64,000 bases of DNA from Vairimorpha necatrix (lineage: Eukaryota). Where the stretch lies: NCBI GenBank assembly GCA_036630325.1, contig CP142732.1:248001-312000 (forward strand). Reading direction: 5' to 3'. A program made the translations under genes and the position numbers. Under the pieces are notes generated by a model. It made no database searches and had not been told where the DNA came from. It worked only from the letters and a program-made list of their open reading frames with translations. This document shows positions 37,989 through 51,946 of this stretch, piece by piece (the stretch's first letter is position 1; each line of letters begins with the position of its first letter).

Positions 37989-39135
37989 GACGCTACTAGG
38001 AAAATCGACACCCTCTACTATAAACATTATAAAAAAATTTAACTTTTTTAAAATCAAAAAATCTCTCGATTTTTTACTCTATTGTCTATTTTTTTTTCTA
38101 GGGGGGTCGATTTTCCAAGCTATGGTATTTTTTTCCATTTTCTTACCCATTATGCTAGTAGAAGGAATTGTAGAAAAAATAGGAGAACTTGATCCTTGGA
38201 ATCCTATATTCCAAAATAATGACATGGGGAATTACACTTTTGTTAGAAATAGGTGTAATAAAACCTGTTATGCCATGTGTATCTAATACTTGTGTAAGAA
38301 ACATGAAAATAATTAAAAGAGCTTCCTTCATTGATGGGAAAGGGTGGTTATGCCAAGTAAAAAATGTAAAAGAAAATGCTCTTTAAAAAAAGCACCAAAT
38401 TTTTTAAATCGAATTTAGAATTAAAAAAGATTCTAAGATGCTTGTATTGTTGGGTCTTTTCATACACCAATTATCAAGCTATTAATTTTTGCCAGATAGC
38501 CGAGACCACATACATTGAATTTAAAAATGTATTAATGGATATTATAAGTGAGACTCCTTCTAGAATTGAAAAGATATGTGGAGAAATACACGTTTAAAAA
38601 ATGATGAAACGGCCATATGCAATGGTCTGGTGATTGAAAATCCATCGTCTATACAAGACGATACTCAAAGTATACAATGGATACTTGGAAGAGTTATAGA
38701 AGGTGATGGAACGAATTTTTTTGTTTCATTAGTTTCCAATAGAAAACATATAACTTTATTTAAAAAGTTTAAAAAATATATACTTTCAGGAACTATTATT
38801 GTTACTGATGGATATCCATTATATCTTAAAGCTGTGGCTAATTTTGGATCAATACATAAAATAGTAAATCATAGTAAGGGATTTGTTAATGGAGAGGGTG
38901 GTCATACAAACCAGATTGAAAATTTCTGGTCCCACTTAAAACACGATTATAGAAAAAGAAGTGGGTTAAACCATAATCATATCTCTAAATTTTTAGAAGA
39001 ATTTTCTTGGCGTAAAAGACATTGCCAATATAAAAAAAATACTCAATTCCTTGTGCTTTTGCTTTACTTCTAGAAAAATGTTTGGTAATTGAATAAAAAT
39101 TTATTTTTTGGGGGGTCGATTTTCCTAGTAAGACC
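37989..39135 (+). mobile_element. Merlin transposon related to 8921-10099, pseudogene
   Basis: TIR core TACTAGGAAAATCGAC; TSD GAAAAATC; HTNQIENFWSHLK motif. Confidence 0.92.
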
Positions 39136-42100
39136 GAAAAATCAATATTTTTCGCAGTTGGACTTGAAAAACGGCTTTAACCAAATAAAATTTTAGAAAC
39201 AAGTTAAAAATACGACGCATTCATGTTAATAGGACAGCAATTAAAGTAGAAAAGAGTTTTCTTCGGTTTTAAGCCTACACCTAAATTATTTCAACGATTT
39301 TTTTCAACCATACTTTCAAGATACCAATTTATTCGTATACAATGATGATATTGTTATATTTAGAAAACAAAAGAAGAACACTAGAAAATACTACTTAGAA
39401 CATTACAAACATTACAAAAAAGTGAATTCAAAATAAATTTTGGAAGTCAAAGTTTTTTGTCCAAGAAATAGACGTACTAGGATTTAAGGTAAACGAAAAG
39501 GGAATATTTCCTAATACTAAGTGTCTAAACAATAAAATTTTTAGTCAAGAAATAAAAACTTAAAGAGATATTTAAAGGTTGATAGGAATAATAAATTGGT
39601 ATCGCAGATTTATTCCAACCCTGTCTACAAGAGTAAAGGATATTACCAACTTATTAAAAACGATAAAAAAATTGTTTTCTCAACACAAATGAAAGAAACA
39701 ATTAAAAAACAAAAAATGAGATTTAATCAAATGCAAAAATTGAATACCCTGATTATAAAAAAAAGCTTATATTAGAGACAGATGCTTCTGACACAGGAAC
39801 TGGAGGCGTGTTGAGGCAGGAAGATAGAGTTATAAGTTATTACTCGAAAAGGATTCATGGCGCATAATTGAACTATAGCATAGTAGAAAAGAAATATCTT
39901 GCTATGCTGCTGTCCATGATTCATTTTAAGAAAATATACAAGAGCCTTACGTAGAAATATACACCGATAGTCATAACTGTACATTTGATAACAAGAGTTC
40001 TGCATCAAGAATAAACAGATGGAAACTGCTAATGAACAAATACAATTATAAAATATACCACATAAAAAGTGAAAAAAATGTTGTTGCAGATGTTTTATTT
40101 AGATGTTTATATTCAAGTATAGATGAAAATAGAAAATATTATGGGCAAGAAGTAAATAATGCTGGTCTTAAAGTTGACAATAAAATACAATTTGACAACA
40201 AAGGAAAGATAATTATAGACAATAACAAATCCGAAGAATTTTTAAAAACAATACATGAGTTGGGAGGACATAGAGGAGTTACCTGTATGTATTATAATAT
40301 AAAGAATAATTTATATATAAAAAACATTGATAAGAAAATACATGAAGTTGTTAAAAATTGCACAACGTGTACTAGAGTAAAGATAACAATTATAAAACTG
40401 ACAAAAATAATAACATCGAAAGTATGAAAGTATTTGAACGTATTTAAACGGACATAGATGGCCCATTTAATGTTAAAGATTATAAGTGGGATTTTTTGGG
40501 AGAGACAAGATACATATTGTCCATAACAGACGTATGTACGAGATTTACGAATTTATACGTTTTTGAAAAGGTTAATGCGAGAAAAGTCATTAGAGCTATT
40601 GATGAATGGATTGAAAGATTTGAAAGCCTAAAGTACATTATATCTGAAAATGGCAAACAGTACGACAACCGAGAATTAAAAAACCACCTTATGAATTAAA
40701 AAATAAAGCAAATATTAATACCTGAATTTACCCCATCATCAAACGGCACTTCAGAAAGATTAAATAAATACATATCGTTTTCGCTAACTATAAATAAAGA
40801 AAAGAGTTTAAAACAGGTATAGAATAAAACTGAGAATAACATTAATGTCAATTATAATATGACAATAAAAGCTTCTCCAGTAGCCTTAGCCAAAGGGTAT
40901 GATTTCTATGACGTCCTAGGAATATATATACCAAGAAAAATAATATATAAAAAGATAAAAATTTAAAAAAGAAATTAATGTTGGAGACTTGGTATATAAG
41001 CGAAATTTTAGAGCCCGAAAATAGAATGAACATTTAAACCGCAAATACAAAAAGTGATTAAAGTCTGAGCAAAGGGATTTTGGATCAAACTATCAGATGA
41101 TTATGGATGGACTCACGTCAAAAATGCTAAGCTGGTTAGGGAGGGCAGTATGTGGTATTAACCACATGAGAGATTGAGAGGTCAATAATCTCAACGAATT
41201 TTCTAGAAATTATTTTTGTATAAATAAAAATAATTTGTTAGGGGCAAGTATTTAAAAGAATGAACAACAACCAAAACAACAATAAATATATTAACAGCAA
41301 TAAAACTTATATTAAACAAAATAATAAAACTATAACGAATATAGTAGAGAGTTTTATTAGTACGGGGAAGGTCCCACTGAGAAATACCACACGTAAGTAC
41401 GCCAATGTTTGTATTTAGTGTTGACAAAGAATAATTAATTACTAGCAAAATATAAAAGAAATATTGCTGAGAAGAGTACGCGGAATGATTAAAGGAGATT
41501 CTTCAAACAGAATAAAGATAATAACAAACATATATAACTATTAATATTATTTAGAAAATTACTACAAAAATGGCCATTTACCCCGGATATATGACATAAT
41601 TGAATTCAATTCCCACAAAGTATCTAAAGGGGACAACAACGCAGCAACTAAGGAAGCGTAAGAATTTAAGTATACGATCGAAGAGATCGATTTAGAAGTT
41701 AAGAAAAACTATAGTATAATAAAAAATATCAAGAATATAATGAAATGAAGTTAGATACATGGTTTGAAGAGTTCAACCAAATTTCTAAAAATAAAAAATG
41801 GGATTTTTAAAAAGAGAAAATCGCCTTAGGTGAATTAGTGCGAGATCCCACATTGGAACAAATTTTTGAATTACCAAATTTAGAGAATTTTAGAGGACAC
41901 ATTGAGAAAAATCTAAGTCAAAGATTAAGTCCTAAGATGCTACATTACAAGCTACAGGCATGTAAACAAATTAAAATTAGATACATAAAAGAATATTCGT
42001 TTGAAATAAAAAATCTATAGATCGGTATGCTAGAATAGAAAACTTAATGAGAAAAGAGTATGAAAGAAAATTAAGAGAATTTTTTTTTAGGCCTAGGTTT

Positions 42101-45100
42101 CTCTTTCGCCTAAAGATATTGGAACTTGGAAAGAATAACTTAGAAGAAATTGTTACGTTACTAGAATCGGCAGGAGAGAGTTTGATTTTTGAAGGAAAAA
42201 GACAGAAAATAATCTCAAAAGGGAGAGACTTAGTTAACAGTAAGGGCATAGAAGAGAATTACGGATATGCAAACAACAAATGGTTTAGTTTACATAGAAA
42301 CAACACTTATAATTCAAAAGGGCGAATAGCATTTAATAGCAAAAACTCGGAACAATCAAGACAAAGAGCCGATAACTATAGACATAACAAAAGTAGTCAG
42401 GAAAAAGCACTTATAATAAAGAAGCTAATTTAAAAGCATTAGAGCTAGAGTTTTAGGGATAAATAGGTGAAACAGATATAATATTGCATTGGACACCGGA
42501 GCATGTCAAAATTTAATTTACATTAAATTAGTAAAGACAATTAATTTAAGAGTCCGTGAAGATAAACCATTGAACATTGTTACAGCAACATACCAAAATA
42601 TCGAAATAAATTCAGTAGTTGACACAGTAATAAAATTAAAGGGAGTAAAAAAGAAGTTTAACGTAGTCTTGTATTTTTAGAAAGTGGCATAGAGGATGTT
42701 ATACTAGGGAATGGATTTATATTCTCTAATGAGATTATACGTAACTTTAAGAACAAAGTTATTGGAATCGAAAATGAGACTTTAAGAATATTTGAGAAAA
42801 ATGAAAATGTAGCGGAAGAGAACGAGCTAGACAAACTATTTTATGAAAAACTAGGATTGGTAAAGGAAAACTAAAATATGAATGAAGAATTAAATAGTTT
42901 AATCTATTTTTATAAAGAACGCAACAAAAACTTTAACGTGTTTAAAATAAGTCCCATAAACATAAAAACAACAGAGAATTTAGGCCCAAATTTGAAACGT
43001 CTGGCATATAGTGTGCCACATAAATATATAGATGCTGGAAAGAGAGAAATCCAAAGACTATTGAATGAAGAGATTATAGTAGAGGTAGACGCTGAAGTGC
43101 ATAGTCCTGCCTTCTTTATAAAAAAGAAAATCAGGGATCTACAATTAGTAATCGATTATAGGAAAGTAATGAGATCATACTTGATAAGCATTTTGAAATA
43201 CCAAAAATTTTTGAAAATTTACAATTGAAAGGAAACGTGGGCTATTATCCAAGAATAGAGCTAAAAACGGAAAAATCGAATTCCTATAGACAAAGAAAGT
43301 CAAGAAATAACAGCATTTAAAATAATGAACAAAATATACATGTACAGATGAATCCATTTGGAATAAGATCGGGAAAAAAAATATTTCAGAAGACTATTAC
43401 AAATGTGTTAGAAGGCATAGAAATTGCTTTGTATACATAGATGACATTATAATTTACGGAAAAGATAAAGCAGAGCACGATGGTATAGTGATTAAAGTTA
43501 AAATAGATTAATAAAATATGAAGTAACAATAAATTTCGAAAGACAACCTTTTATAATGAGGAACTCAAAATATTAGGATTCTTCGTAAACAAGAAGGGCA
43601 TATTTGAGGATACGAAATATTTAGAAAACAAGGCCATGGATATAATATCAAAGAACAAAAGACAACACCAAAGGATAATGGAAGTACTTATCGGTATAGA
43701 AGTTATATAAATAACATAAGTAGTAAGTTACATAACGTAACGAACTTGCTAAAAAAAGAAAAATTCATCTGGAAAGAAGAACATTAGAAAACTACTGAAA
43801 ACTGACCTGTATAAACGGGACTTTGCTATATTTTAAATAGCTCTCTAAAATGTTGTTAACATTAATATTTTTATTGATGGTGTTTCTATTCCTCAGATAT
43901 TTTTATGCCCTTCAAAGACAGACTTCTTTTTATATTTTATCCTTAATTTAATAGTTGTTCAGCAATTTTGATAAAGATTAGTGCTTTTATAATTGTAAGC
44001 ATGTTTTTACAATATTTTTTTGTTTGTTAAGTTATTCACGATTCGACATGTCATGGATGAAATATTTGACAGATGATATTTTTGACATCTGTTATTGTGA
44101 TGTAGTCCATAACATCACATTTTACTCTCCTAGGAGCTTTAAGTTTTTTTATAGATACCCATTAATTCTTCTGTATTCCTGACCACTCTTCTTGTTTCAA
44201 TTGTTCGTCCAGCGGCTCTACTATTGTATTTTTTATAACACTATCTTTTATTGATTGCTTCTTTTTCGTGTTTATATTTTGTAATGTTTCTTTCATTTTG
44301 TTTCTTATCTTATGCATCTGCGTATGTTTCATTTTATCACGGTATTTGATTTTTATTAATTTAATATCTCGATTTTTCTTACTTTAGTCATTTTTACTTT
44401 CCTTTTCTATTTTTTTATCTCGTTGTTAATCTTTTGATCAATCTCTATGCTTCTTTAAATATTTTTATCTTTTACCTTTGATATGCTTGCTTTAATTACT
44501 TTCTTGTGTAGTTCTTCATTGCTAAACGTGTTCGCTTTTATTTCATCATTTGTTAATTTTTCATGTTTAATTTCCACTTCTTTTGTTCTTTTTTTTTAAT
44601 GTTTCTTCTTTTAATAAGTCATTATTCTCGACTTTATCCTTTGTTTCTTTAACTTCCTTCATCATGTATAGCCTCACTGGAACATCCTCTTTGACTTTTC
44701 GATGTTGTGATATTTTACTTAGCTGTTCAGAAGTATTATTCTATAATACGTAGCAAATCTTTGAACTGCGAGTATTGTTTTTATGAAAGCTACCATTTGC
44801 TATTCATGTAGTTGGTGTTTTCATTTCTGGATCTTGTTCGATCTCCGTTGACGGGTTTATATTTTATTTCACGTCTTTTCCCTTCCAGTATCAAACTTTG
44901 CTCTAATGATTCTACATTTGTAACGATATCCTCAATTTTTTCCATTCATAATTCTAAAATTTTTAATCTAGTTCTGAATCCTAAACCCATAAAGAAACTC
45001 TCTCGCAATTTTCTTTCGTATTCTCTTCTAGTTAGCCCTTCAATTCTGGTAACTGGTTAATCAACTCTTTTAATTCCATTAAATATTCTTTAATGCATCT

Positions 45101-45991
45101 ATACTTTGTCTGCTTGCATTCCATTAGTTTCAGTTGCAGCATTTCAGAACTCACTATTATAGTCATTTTTTTTTAAAAAAATATTTTAATTTTTTCCATT
45201 TCTGATAAGGAAAATATTGGTTGTAATGTTGGGTCCTCGTACTAGCTCTCCTAAGGCTATTCTTTGTTTTTTGAAATCCCATTTTTTATGTCTGCTTATC
45301 TGGTTAAATCTTCAAACCAGTGCTCTAATTCAGCACCATCATACTCCTCAATGTCTGCTATAATACTTAAGTGTTTTTAAACCTCTGGGTCGTTCTCTAG
45401 AATCGTATATTTAAATTTTAATCCTTCTTTGGAATTTTTTTTCAGTGTTATCCTTTGGTACAGTTTTCTCTTCGAATTCAAATTTGTCCTGTATAAACAA
45501 AACTTTGCTATATTTAAAATAGCTCTCTAAAATGTTGTTAATATTAATAACTTTATTGATGGTGTTTCTATTCCTCAGATATTCCATATCCTTCAAAGAC
45601 GGACTTCTTTTTATATTTTATTTTTAATTTAAAAGTTGTTCAGCAATTTTGATAAAGATTAGTGCTTTCTCATTTGTAAGCATGTTTTTACAATATTCTT
45701 TTTGACGTAATCCAGAGGAGCTACCTCTGGATAAATAAAGTTCTATTAAACTAATATTTTTATTTGTAGTTTTAAAGCCTCGTTGGGCATATTCATTGGG
45801 AGTCTGGTCCCTGGCTTTGCAGCCCTTCCTTGGTCTTATGTTCCAATGGAATTGATCGTTTCTCTGCTTCATGATCCGGTGGGGGTCAGGGCAAAAAAGA
45901 AATAAATATTTGATTTTTTGGAATAGACCAGTCGAATGGTCTATTTTCCAAAAAGGGGAAATGGATAAAATAATTAATTTGTAGTATTTGT

Positions 45992-48130
45992 TGTTCCAGA
46001 AGGAGAGCTGGTTATTGAAGAGGGCTTTTTATTAGAAGAGGAACTATATTTATTTGGCATGTTGTTTAAGGGGCTTGTCCTTAAATACTTTTGTTTGTTT
46101 ACATGAAAACCAATGAAAGTGAACAACAAACAAACAATAATATTAGAGAAGGCGCTTAAGCCTTGTATCAAGCGGATCTGATATATCCGGTAACACTCTC
46201 TTCTCCTTAGAACAAGGCTTTCACTTCCATGGAAGAGGCTGTATTCACCAATTTATCGTAGAACTTTTCATTTATAAGACTCAAGCCTCCATAGGTTCCT
46301 CCAGATGTTCCTTTTATACTATCAGACGATCCTTTATACTTTTTATTATAAGAATTCTGCATGTTCCTATATCTGATGGAGAAAAAGATGACCACTTTAG
46401 CATAATCGGCAAGAATGATTCTTAGTTTTATGTCGTTGTAATGCTTTAGATTATTACTTGTAAGGTTTTTGTTATGAGTATCCAATATTTCATTTTCAGA
46501 TAATGAATGATAAGGCATTAGGAGCTTTTTACGCGGCTTCTTAAATATACTATATTAATCTTAAAAATCTTATCCTTGAGTTATCTAATCTATAGAGCAG
46601 AATATTACACAGTAATTTTCCAGTTAGTTTCGGCCTCAATACGACATCTCTTTTGGGCACGATTGACGTGGGAACGCTTCTTCCGATCGAATCTTCTACG
46701 CTCACCACGCTTTTAGTTACTAGTATGGGGGGAATGGGGGGTGGTTCCACTTTTTATACTCTGTAATTTTCTTTCTCGTGGGTAGCTGTTGGTATACATT
46801 TTCCAAGTCGAACTGATGGTCAATTTTTGTTTTACTCGGATATGTCAAACGCCCTATATTTAATGCCGTTTTACCTGCTTTCTCTAACTGGATTACATTT
46901 AACTTTTTAAAATCTATGCATGTCGGCTTAGGTTCGACTTGTTCCGTTGCAATTGTTAAGGGTGCGTTCGATTTACTCACCCCCCCCCTTTAATCAATTC
47001 ATCTGATTGTATAGGCATTCTATTGTCTATACTCTGTGGAATAGTTTTAAAGCACTGGCCTCCTTTTGCCTTTCTTAGTTTCATTCTGCTAACTAAGCTG
47101 CTTTCGATAAATGAATTGGATTCGCCTGAATCCAAGCGTATTCTTACTACTTCGCGGTCAGTGGGTCCTTCGACCGTAGTATCGTTCGTGTCTCTTAACA
47201 CAGGATCTATTTCTACTACTAACACCTTCTTTTCTTCGTGTTTAGTGCGGTCCTTATATAAGTTCTCGCCTCCGCACTTATAAAATACTAACTTTCTTAA
47301 ACTCTCTTTCGTCCTTGTAGTATCTGGCCTCGAAGTCCTCGTAGTATCTGGCCTATTCTGTTCAGGTCTCTGCCTTGAATTCTCAATAAATTTATGATTT
47401 CTCTCATAAATCTTTTGTACAACGTCCCATGACGTTGCCTCTTCCACCTTTTCTTTAAGTGACGGTGAAAAATATCTAGCCAATTCAACCGTGATTCCCG
47501 ATATGCTGACCTTAGCTTTCTTGTTAAGCTTTACCAGGTCATATATAAAGTCATCAATCTTCAGATTTAGAGGTCCTGAATATAGCCTCTTGTAGAGCAT
47601 TCTGATAGGGTCGATTCCGTCTTGGAATTCTTCTTTCCCGTACTTTCTCAGAAATACTTCTTTAAACTCCGTGTATTCATCCACCTCGTCTTCTATCATT
47701 GCTTCATACCATCGGAGAGCTGACTCCCCTAAGTATCTCTTAATGTAGCTGAGCAGTTTTTTATCATTCCATTCTCCCTCGAGATACTTAAATTGATTAA
47801 TCCAGACCCATGCATTCTCGCTTTGGGTTCCGTTGAACTTCACCATAGTGTTGGTAAATATTCCCAACTTTTCTAGTAGATGGCTCAATTCGTTGTGTTT
47901 CGAATAGTTGTCGCCAGTGTTACCAGAAGGAGAGCTGGTAATTGCAGAGGCCTTTTTATTAGAAGAGAAATTATATTCATTTGGCATGTTGTAGAAGGGG
48001 CTTGTCCTTAAATACTTTTGTTTGTTTGTTTGTTTACATGAAAAGCAATGACAGTGAACAACAAACAAATAATAATGTTAGAAAAGGCGCTTAAGCCTTA
48101 TAACAAGCGGATCTGATATATCCGGTAACA
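45992..48130 (-). mobile_element. Internally deleted LTR element (2.1 kb; Gag-protease, only relics of pol)
   Basis: LTRs 45992-46195 and 47918-48130; TSD TTTGT; PBS TGGCGACAACT; PPT GGAGAAGAGAG. Confidence 0.92.
46977..47987 (-). CDS. Gag-protease ORF starting inside the 5' LTR
   Basis: ATG at 47987 after a CCC motif; KFNGTQSENAWVWI..LGESALRWY Gag and RLDSGE protease-like motifs. Confidence 0.75.
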   Translation of the reverse strand: MPNEYNFSSNKKASAITSSPSGNTGDNYSKHNELSHLLEKLGIFTNTMVKFNGTQSENAWVWINQFKYLEGEWNDKKLLSYIKRYLGESALRWYEAMIEDEVDEYTEFKEVFLRKYGKEEFQDGIDPIRMLYKRLYSGPLNLKIDDFIYDLVKLNKKAKVSISGITVELARYFSPSLKEKVEEATSWDVVQKIYERNHKFIENSRQRPEQNRPDTTRTSRPDTTRTKESLRKLVFYKCGGENLYKDRTKHEEKKVLVVEIDPVLRDTNDTTVEGPTDREVVRIRLDSGESNSFIESSLVSRMKLRKAKGGQCFKTIPQSIDNRMPIQSDELIKGGG

Positions 48131-48993
48131 TTTGTAATACCACATTCTACCCGCACTAAGTTTTGATGATATTAACATATATTCACCCAGAAATTCCATT
48201 GGCCATTACCCATTTCCCTTTAGAGCCAACCTTGATAATTTTTTTCCTGGTCATATATTTTCGATCTAATTTCTCTGCCTTCAGATTTCGTACATTTAAT
48301 AAATCTCCAATTTTATAATCTGAACTTGTATGGTAATTCACTATAGGCTTAGGTATGATTCTCCTCTTTTGAGGGTCATAATATTCCACACCTGTCAACA
48401 CTGCATTTGGTGAGCATTTTATTGTCCTATTATAGTTGTTGTTTATTGTCCATTCGCATAGCTCAATGGCTTTATAGATATTCTCACCTGCCATAATAGA
48501 TAACATATATGAAATAGTTCGGTTTATAAATTCCGAGATTCCATTCGAACTTGGCGTATATGTTGACACAAATACCTGTTTAATATCTAGATTCTTCATA
48601 TATTCTTTTACGTCTTTACTTATGTACTGTTTTCCGTTATCCGAAATCAAGAGTGAGGGCTTCGATGAGGAACTTCAATCCAATAAACCATTGCGTCTAT
48701 TATTTCAGTGCTTCTTATTTTATAGGCTGATATAATTTTGTAAATCTTGTCTTAATGTCAGAAAAGGTACTTATAAACCCCTTTTTATGTCTTCCAGTGC
48801 CTTCGTATTTTCTAGGCTAAATCGTCCGTAAATATCTGAACTTATTCTATCTAGTTTTTCTTCCGATGTCATATGAACACCTACCTCTTTTTTACGAAAG
48901 GTAATTTTATAAGTCTTACATTTATTGCGTTCTTTCACTACTTGTGTAATCCTTTTGAATAATCGAGGTACATTAATAAACCGCCGTAAGTTG

Positions 48994-50055
48994 TTATGCC
49001 TCGATGATCTTGTTCTCTATGTATTTTTTTAGTACGCATGTTGACTTATTCGTATGTATTAACACTCTATTTAGTTTATATAACACAAACCCATTGTCTT
49101 TCCTTATAGCTCCTTCTTCGATCACTTTTGAGTAAGCATCATCGCCTGTTTGTTTAATAGTGAAGCACCTCAAAAGTTTGTCTGCAATTTTGTTCCTTTT
49201 CCCTTCAATGTAAATTAATTTATGGTCAAACTCGTTAATTATCAGCTTCCATCGACAAATTCTTGAGGTCTCGAATTTTGCTCCGTTAAGGCAATTTTTG
49301 CTGTCCGTTCTAACTTCCACAGAATTTCCCTGTATAATGTTCTTAAAATTTATTAAAGATAGTAAGATCCCTAGATATTCTTTCTCTACTATGCTATAGT
49401 TTAATTCAACCTTTCCAAGTTTCTTGCTAAAGTATCCTACAGGTCCTTTTTCTTGATACAAAACGCTGCCTATGCCTGTGTCTGAAGCGTCACATTCCAG
49501 TATGAATGGTTTCGAGTAATCTGGGCATATTAAAAATACTCTTGTTTCTATAAAGTTATTGATTTCTTGTATAATATTTGTTATTTCTTGTGTAGACTTT
49601 ATTACTGCTCCTGTTTTTAACATATTAGTTAATGGTAAAAGTTTATCTGATAGATTGGGTAAAAATTTACGATACCATCCAATAGTTCCTAATAGTTTTT
49701 GAACATCTCTTTTTGTTTTGAGAGGTTTTTCTAATAGATCCCTTGGGATTTTTTTTTTAGCTGGGGTTACTCCATTTGCGTTTATGATATTTCCTAATAC
49801 AGTTATCTCGTTTTTCATAAAACTGCTCTTCTCAAAGTTAATTTTCACGTGTTTTTCTTTTAATTTGGTCATTACTTGTATAATCAAGTCGTTATGTTCT
49901 TCTTGTGTTTTAGAAAACAATACGATATCGTCGATATATACGAAGCAATTGTTAATATCGTGTAATATCTCAGTTACATATCTTTGGAATACTTTGGGTT
50001 TTGGTTTAATACCAAAAGGAATTCGTTTGTAATGATATTGGGCTCCTAATATCAT
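48994..50055 (-). CDS. RT-RNase H fragment of pol
   Basis: RIPFG, VYIDD, LECDASD, NYSIVEKE. Confidence 0.9.
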   Translation of the reverse strand: MILGAQYHYKRIPFGIKPKPKVFQRYVTEILHDINNCFVYIDDIVLFSKTQEEHNDLIIQVMTKLKEKHVKINFEKSSFMKNEITVLGNIINANGVTPAKKKIPRDLLEKPLKTKRDVQKLLGTIGWYRKFLPNLSDKLLPLTNMLKTGAVIKSTQEITNIIQEINNFIETRVFLICPDYSKPFILECDASDTGIGSVLYQEKGPVGYFSKKLGKVELNYSIVEKEYLGILLSLINFKNIIQGNSVEVRTDSKNCLNGAKFETSRICRWKLIINEFDHKLIYIEGKRNKIADKLLRCFTIKQTGDDAYSKVIEEGAIRKDNGFVLYKLNRVLIHTNKSTCVLKKYIENKIIEA

Positions 50056-50084
50056 GAACGACGTTAAATGTCTGCTATCCCGAT

Positions 50085-51584
50085 CTATTTTGATTGATTA
50101 AACCCATTTTTGAGATCGATTTGAGAAAAGAATTTGTTTTCGCCCATTCTTAATATGCAATCATCAATCTTTGGAATGACGAATATGTCATCTTGTAAGT
50201 TATTATTAATCTCTTTAAAGTTGATGACTAATCGTAGCTCTCCAGTCTTCTTTTGGATAAAATACCCAGGGCTTGCAAAGGGAGCTCTAGATTCCTCAAT
50301 TATATCTTCTTTTAATAAGCGCTGTATTTCCTTTTTCGCTTGGTCATAGTATTTAAATGCTATGCCGTAAATCCTTTGTTTGTTCATCGTAATTTTTTTT
50401 AATACCACGAATTTCGCTTCTTCCATCTTCATGCTGGTAAAATTTTCATTAAGTTTTTTATAAGAGTTAATATGTGTTAAACAATTCTTAGTGAATTGGG
50501 GGACATAAATTAATCCATTTAATCTTTCTTTAAGCAAATCGTCTGCGTTAGATATCGAGTCAGCGAAAGATTTTTCTTCTTCGCCGATGGATATAGTCTG
50601 TCCCTCAAAATTCATCTTTATCCTATGAGTAGTTAGCAATTTGGACCCCAATAAGAAGTCTACTGGGCAATTTGGTAGTATAAAAAATTCCTCATGAATA
50701 ATCTTCTTCTCTGAGATTCCAACTTCTAACTCGACTTTCTGTGTTATGTTCTTTTTATCGCCGTTACCAAATGTAGTGGAAAATTTCAAGCAGCTTTGAG
50801 GTTCGATGTCATATTTTGAAACTGCAGCTTCGCTCATAAAATTTAAATGAGATCCAGTATCTATTAATACTAAGCTTGGAATCCCTCGTATTTCTGCGAC
50901 TAATGATATTTCTTTATTATTCTTATTACTTCCTAGTTCAATCACCATATTTCTTTTATTTCTTTCCTCTAATTTACCTTCACGAGAATTCTTTGCTTGC
51001 TGATAATTGGATTTGAGCCTACAATTCCTAGTATCATGTGAAAAGGAATTGTGGAATTTGAAATACATGGATTTCGGATTATTATAATCGACCGTTGTAT
51101 GATTATTAGTAATGTTGTTTTCTTTTCTACTTATGAGAGAGTTGATTACTGCTTCTATGCTATTCAGATACGATATTACTTGTTTTACGTCTCTTAAGTG
51201 TATCTCGTTCTTGTATATTTCCATTTCGGTATACTCTCCTAATCCTTTGTAAAAAATTTCTGAGAATTTTCGTTCGGCTTCCTGTTTGCTGAGAGAATTA
51301 ATAAAGGTATATCCTTCCATCTTTTTATGTATTTCATCTACATACTGGTTAATGTAGGCATAATTGCATTGTTTAATGTTCTCCAGCTCTTGAGCTATTC
51401 TGTATTTACTATTCGGGGGATATGTTTTACCTAATAGTTCTTTCCTCAGCTGTAGGTAACTGCAATTTTGTTTTAAGTCGTTAAAAACTTCTCCTTCTAA
51501 CAGACTGCAATAAATCAAGCACATCTGTTCATCGGTCCACTTGTTAGTACTTGCTAACCTTTCAAATTTCTCTAATTCATTCAT
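50085..51584 (-). CDS. Gag-protease-RT N-terminal fragment (single frame)
   Basis: HNSFSHDTRNC knuckle remnant, LIDTGS, RLVINFKEIN and SQIDLKNGFNQ. Confidence 0.9.
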   Translation of the reverse strand: MNELEKFERLASTNKWTDEQMCLIYCSLLEGEVFNDLKQNCSYLQLRKELLGKTYPPNSKYRIAQELENIKQCNYAYINQYVDEIHKKMEGYTFINSLSKQEAERKFSEIFYKGLGEYTEMEIYKNEIHLRDVKQVISYLNSIEAVINSLISRKENNITNNHTTVDYNNPKSMYFKFHNSFSHDTRNCRLKSNYQQAKNSREGKLEERNKRNMVIELGSNKNNKEISLVAEIRGIPSLVLIDTGSHLNFMSEAAVSKYDIEPQSCLKFSTTFGNGDKKNITQKVELEVGISEKKIIHEEFFILPNCPVDFLLGSKLLTTHRIKMNFEGQTISIGEEEKSFADSISNADDLLKERLNGLIYVPQFTKNCLTHINSYKKLNENFTSMKMEEAKFVVLKKITMNKQRIYGIAFKYYDQAKKEIQRLLKEDIIEESRAPFASPGYFIQKKTGELRLVINFKEINNNLQDDIFVIPKIDDCILRMGENKFFSQIDLKNGFNQSK

Positions 51585-51946
51585 CGAAACGTCTGATATT
51601 TTTTTTTATTATTGAAATTTTTTGTTTGCAGACCACTTCTTTTTGGGTATCTGCATATTGAACTCTCTGTAATCATTTGCATTTTTAGATTCTTGTAAGT
51701 TCTGGTTATTCACGCCTTTGAATTCAAATTGACGTAATTCAGAGGAGCTACCTCTGGATAAATAAAGTTCTATTAAACTAATATTTTTATTTGTAGTTTT
51801 AAAGCCTCGTTGGGCATATTCATTGGGAGTCTGGTCCCTGGCTTTGCAGCCCTTCCTTGGTCTTGTGTTCCAAGGGAATTGATCGTTTCTCTGCTTCATG
51901 ATCCGGTGGGGGTCAGGGCAAAAAAGAAATAAATATTTGATTTTTG

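Larger units (their letters stand above)
30118..41391 (+). mobile_element. Decayed full-length Ty3/Gypsy element; 5' LTR split (30118-30266 + 36293-36369), 3' LTR 41151-41391
   Basis: Matching LTR sequences TGTGGTATTAACCACA...AAATACCACA; TSD CGTAA; PPT AGGGAGGGCAGTA; gag, IIDTGS, TDASD and integrase remnants at 36370-41150. Confidence 0.92.
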
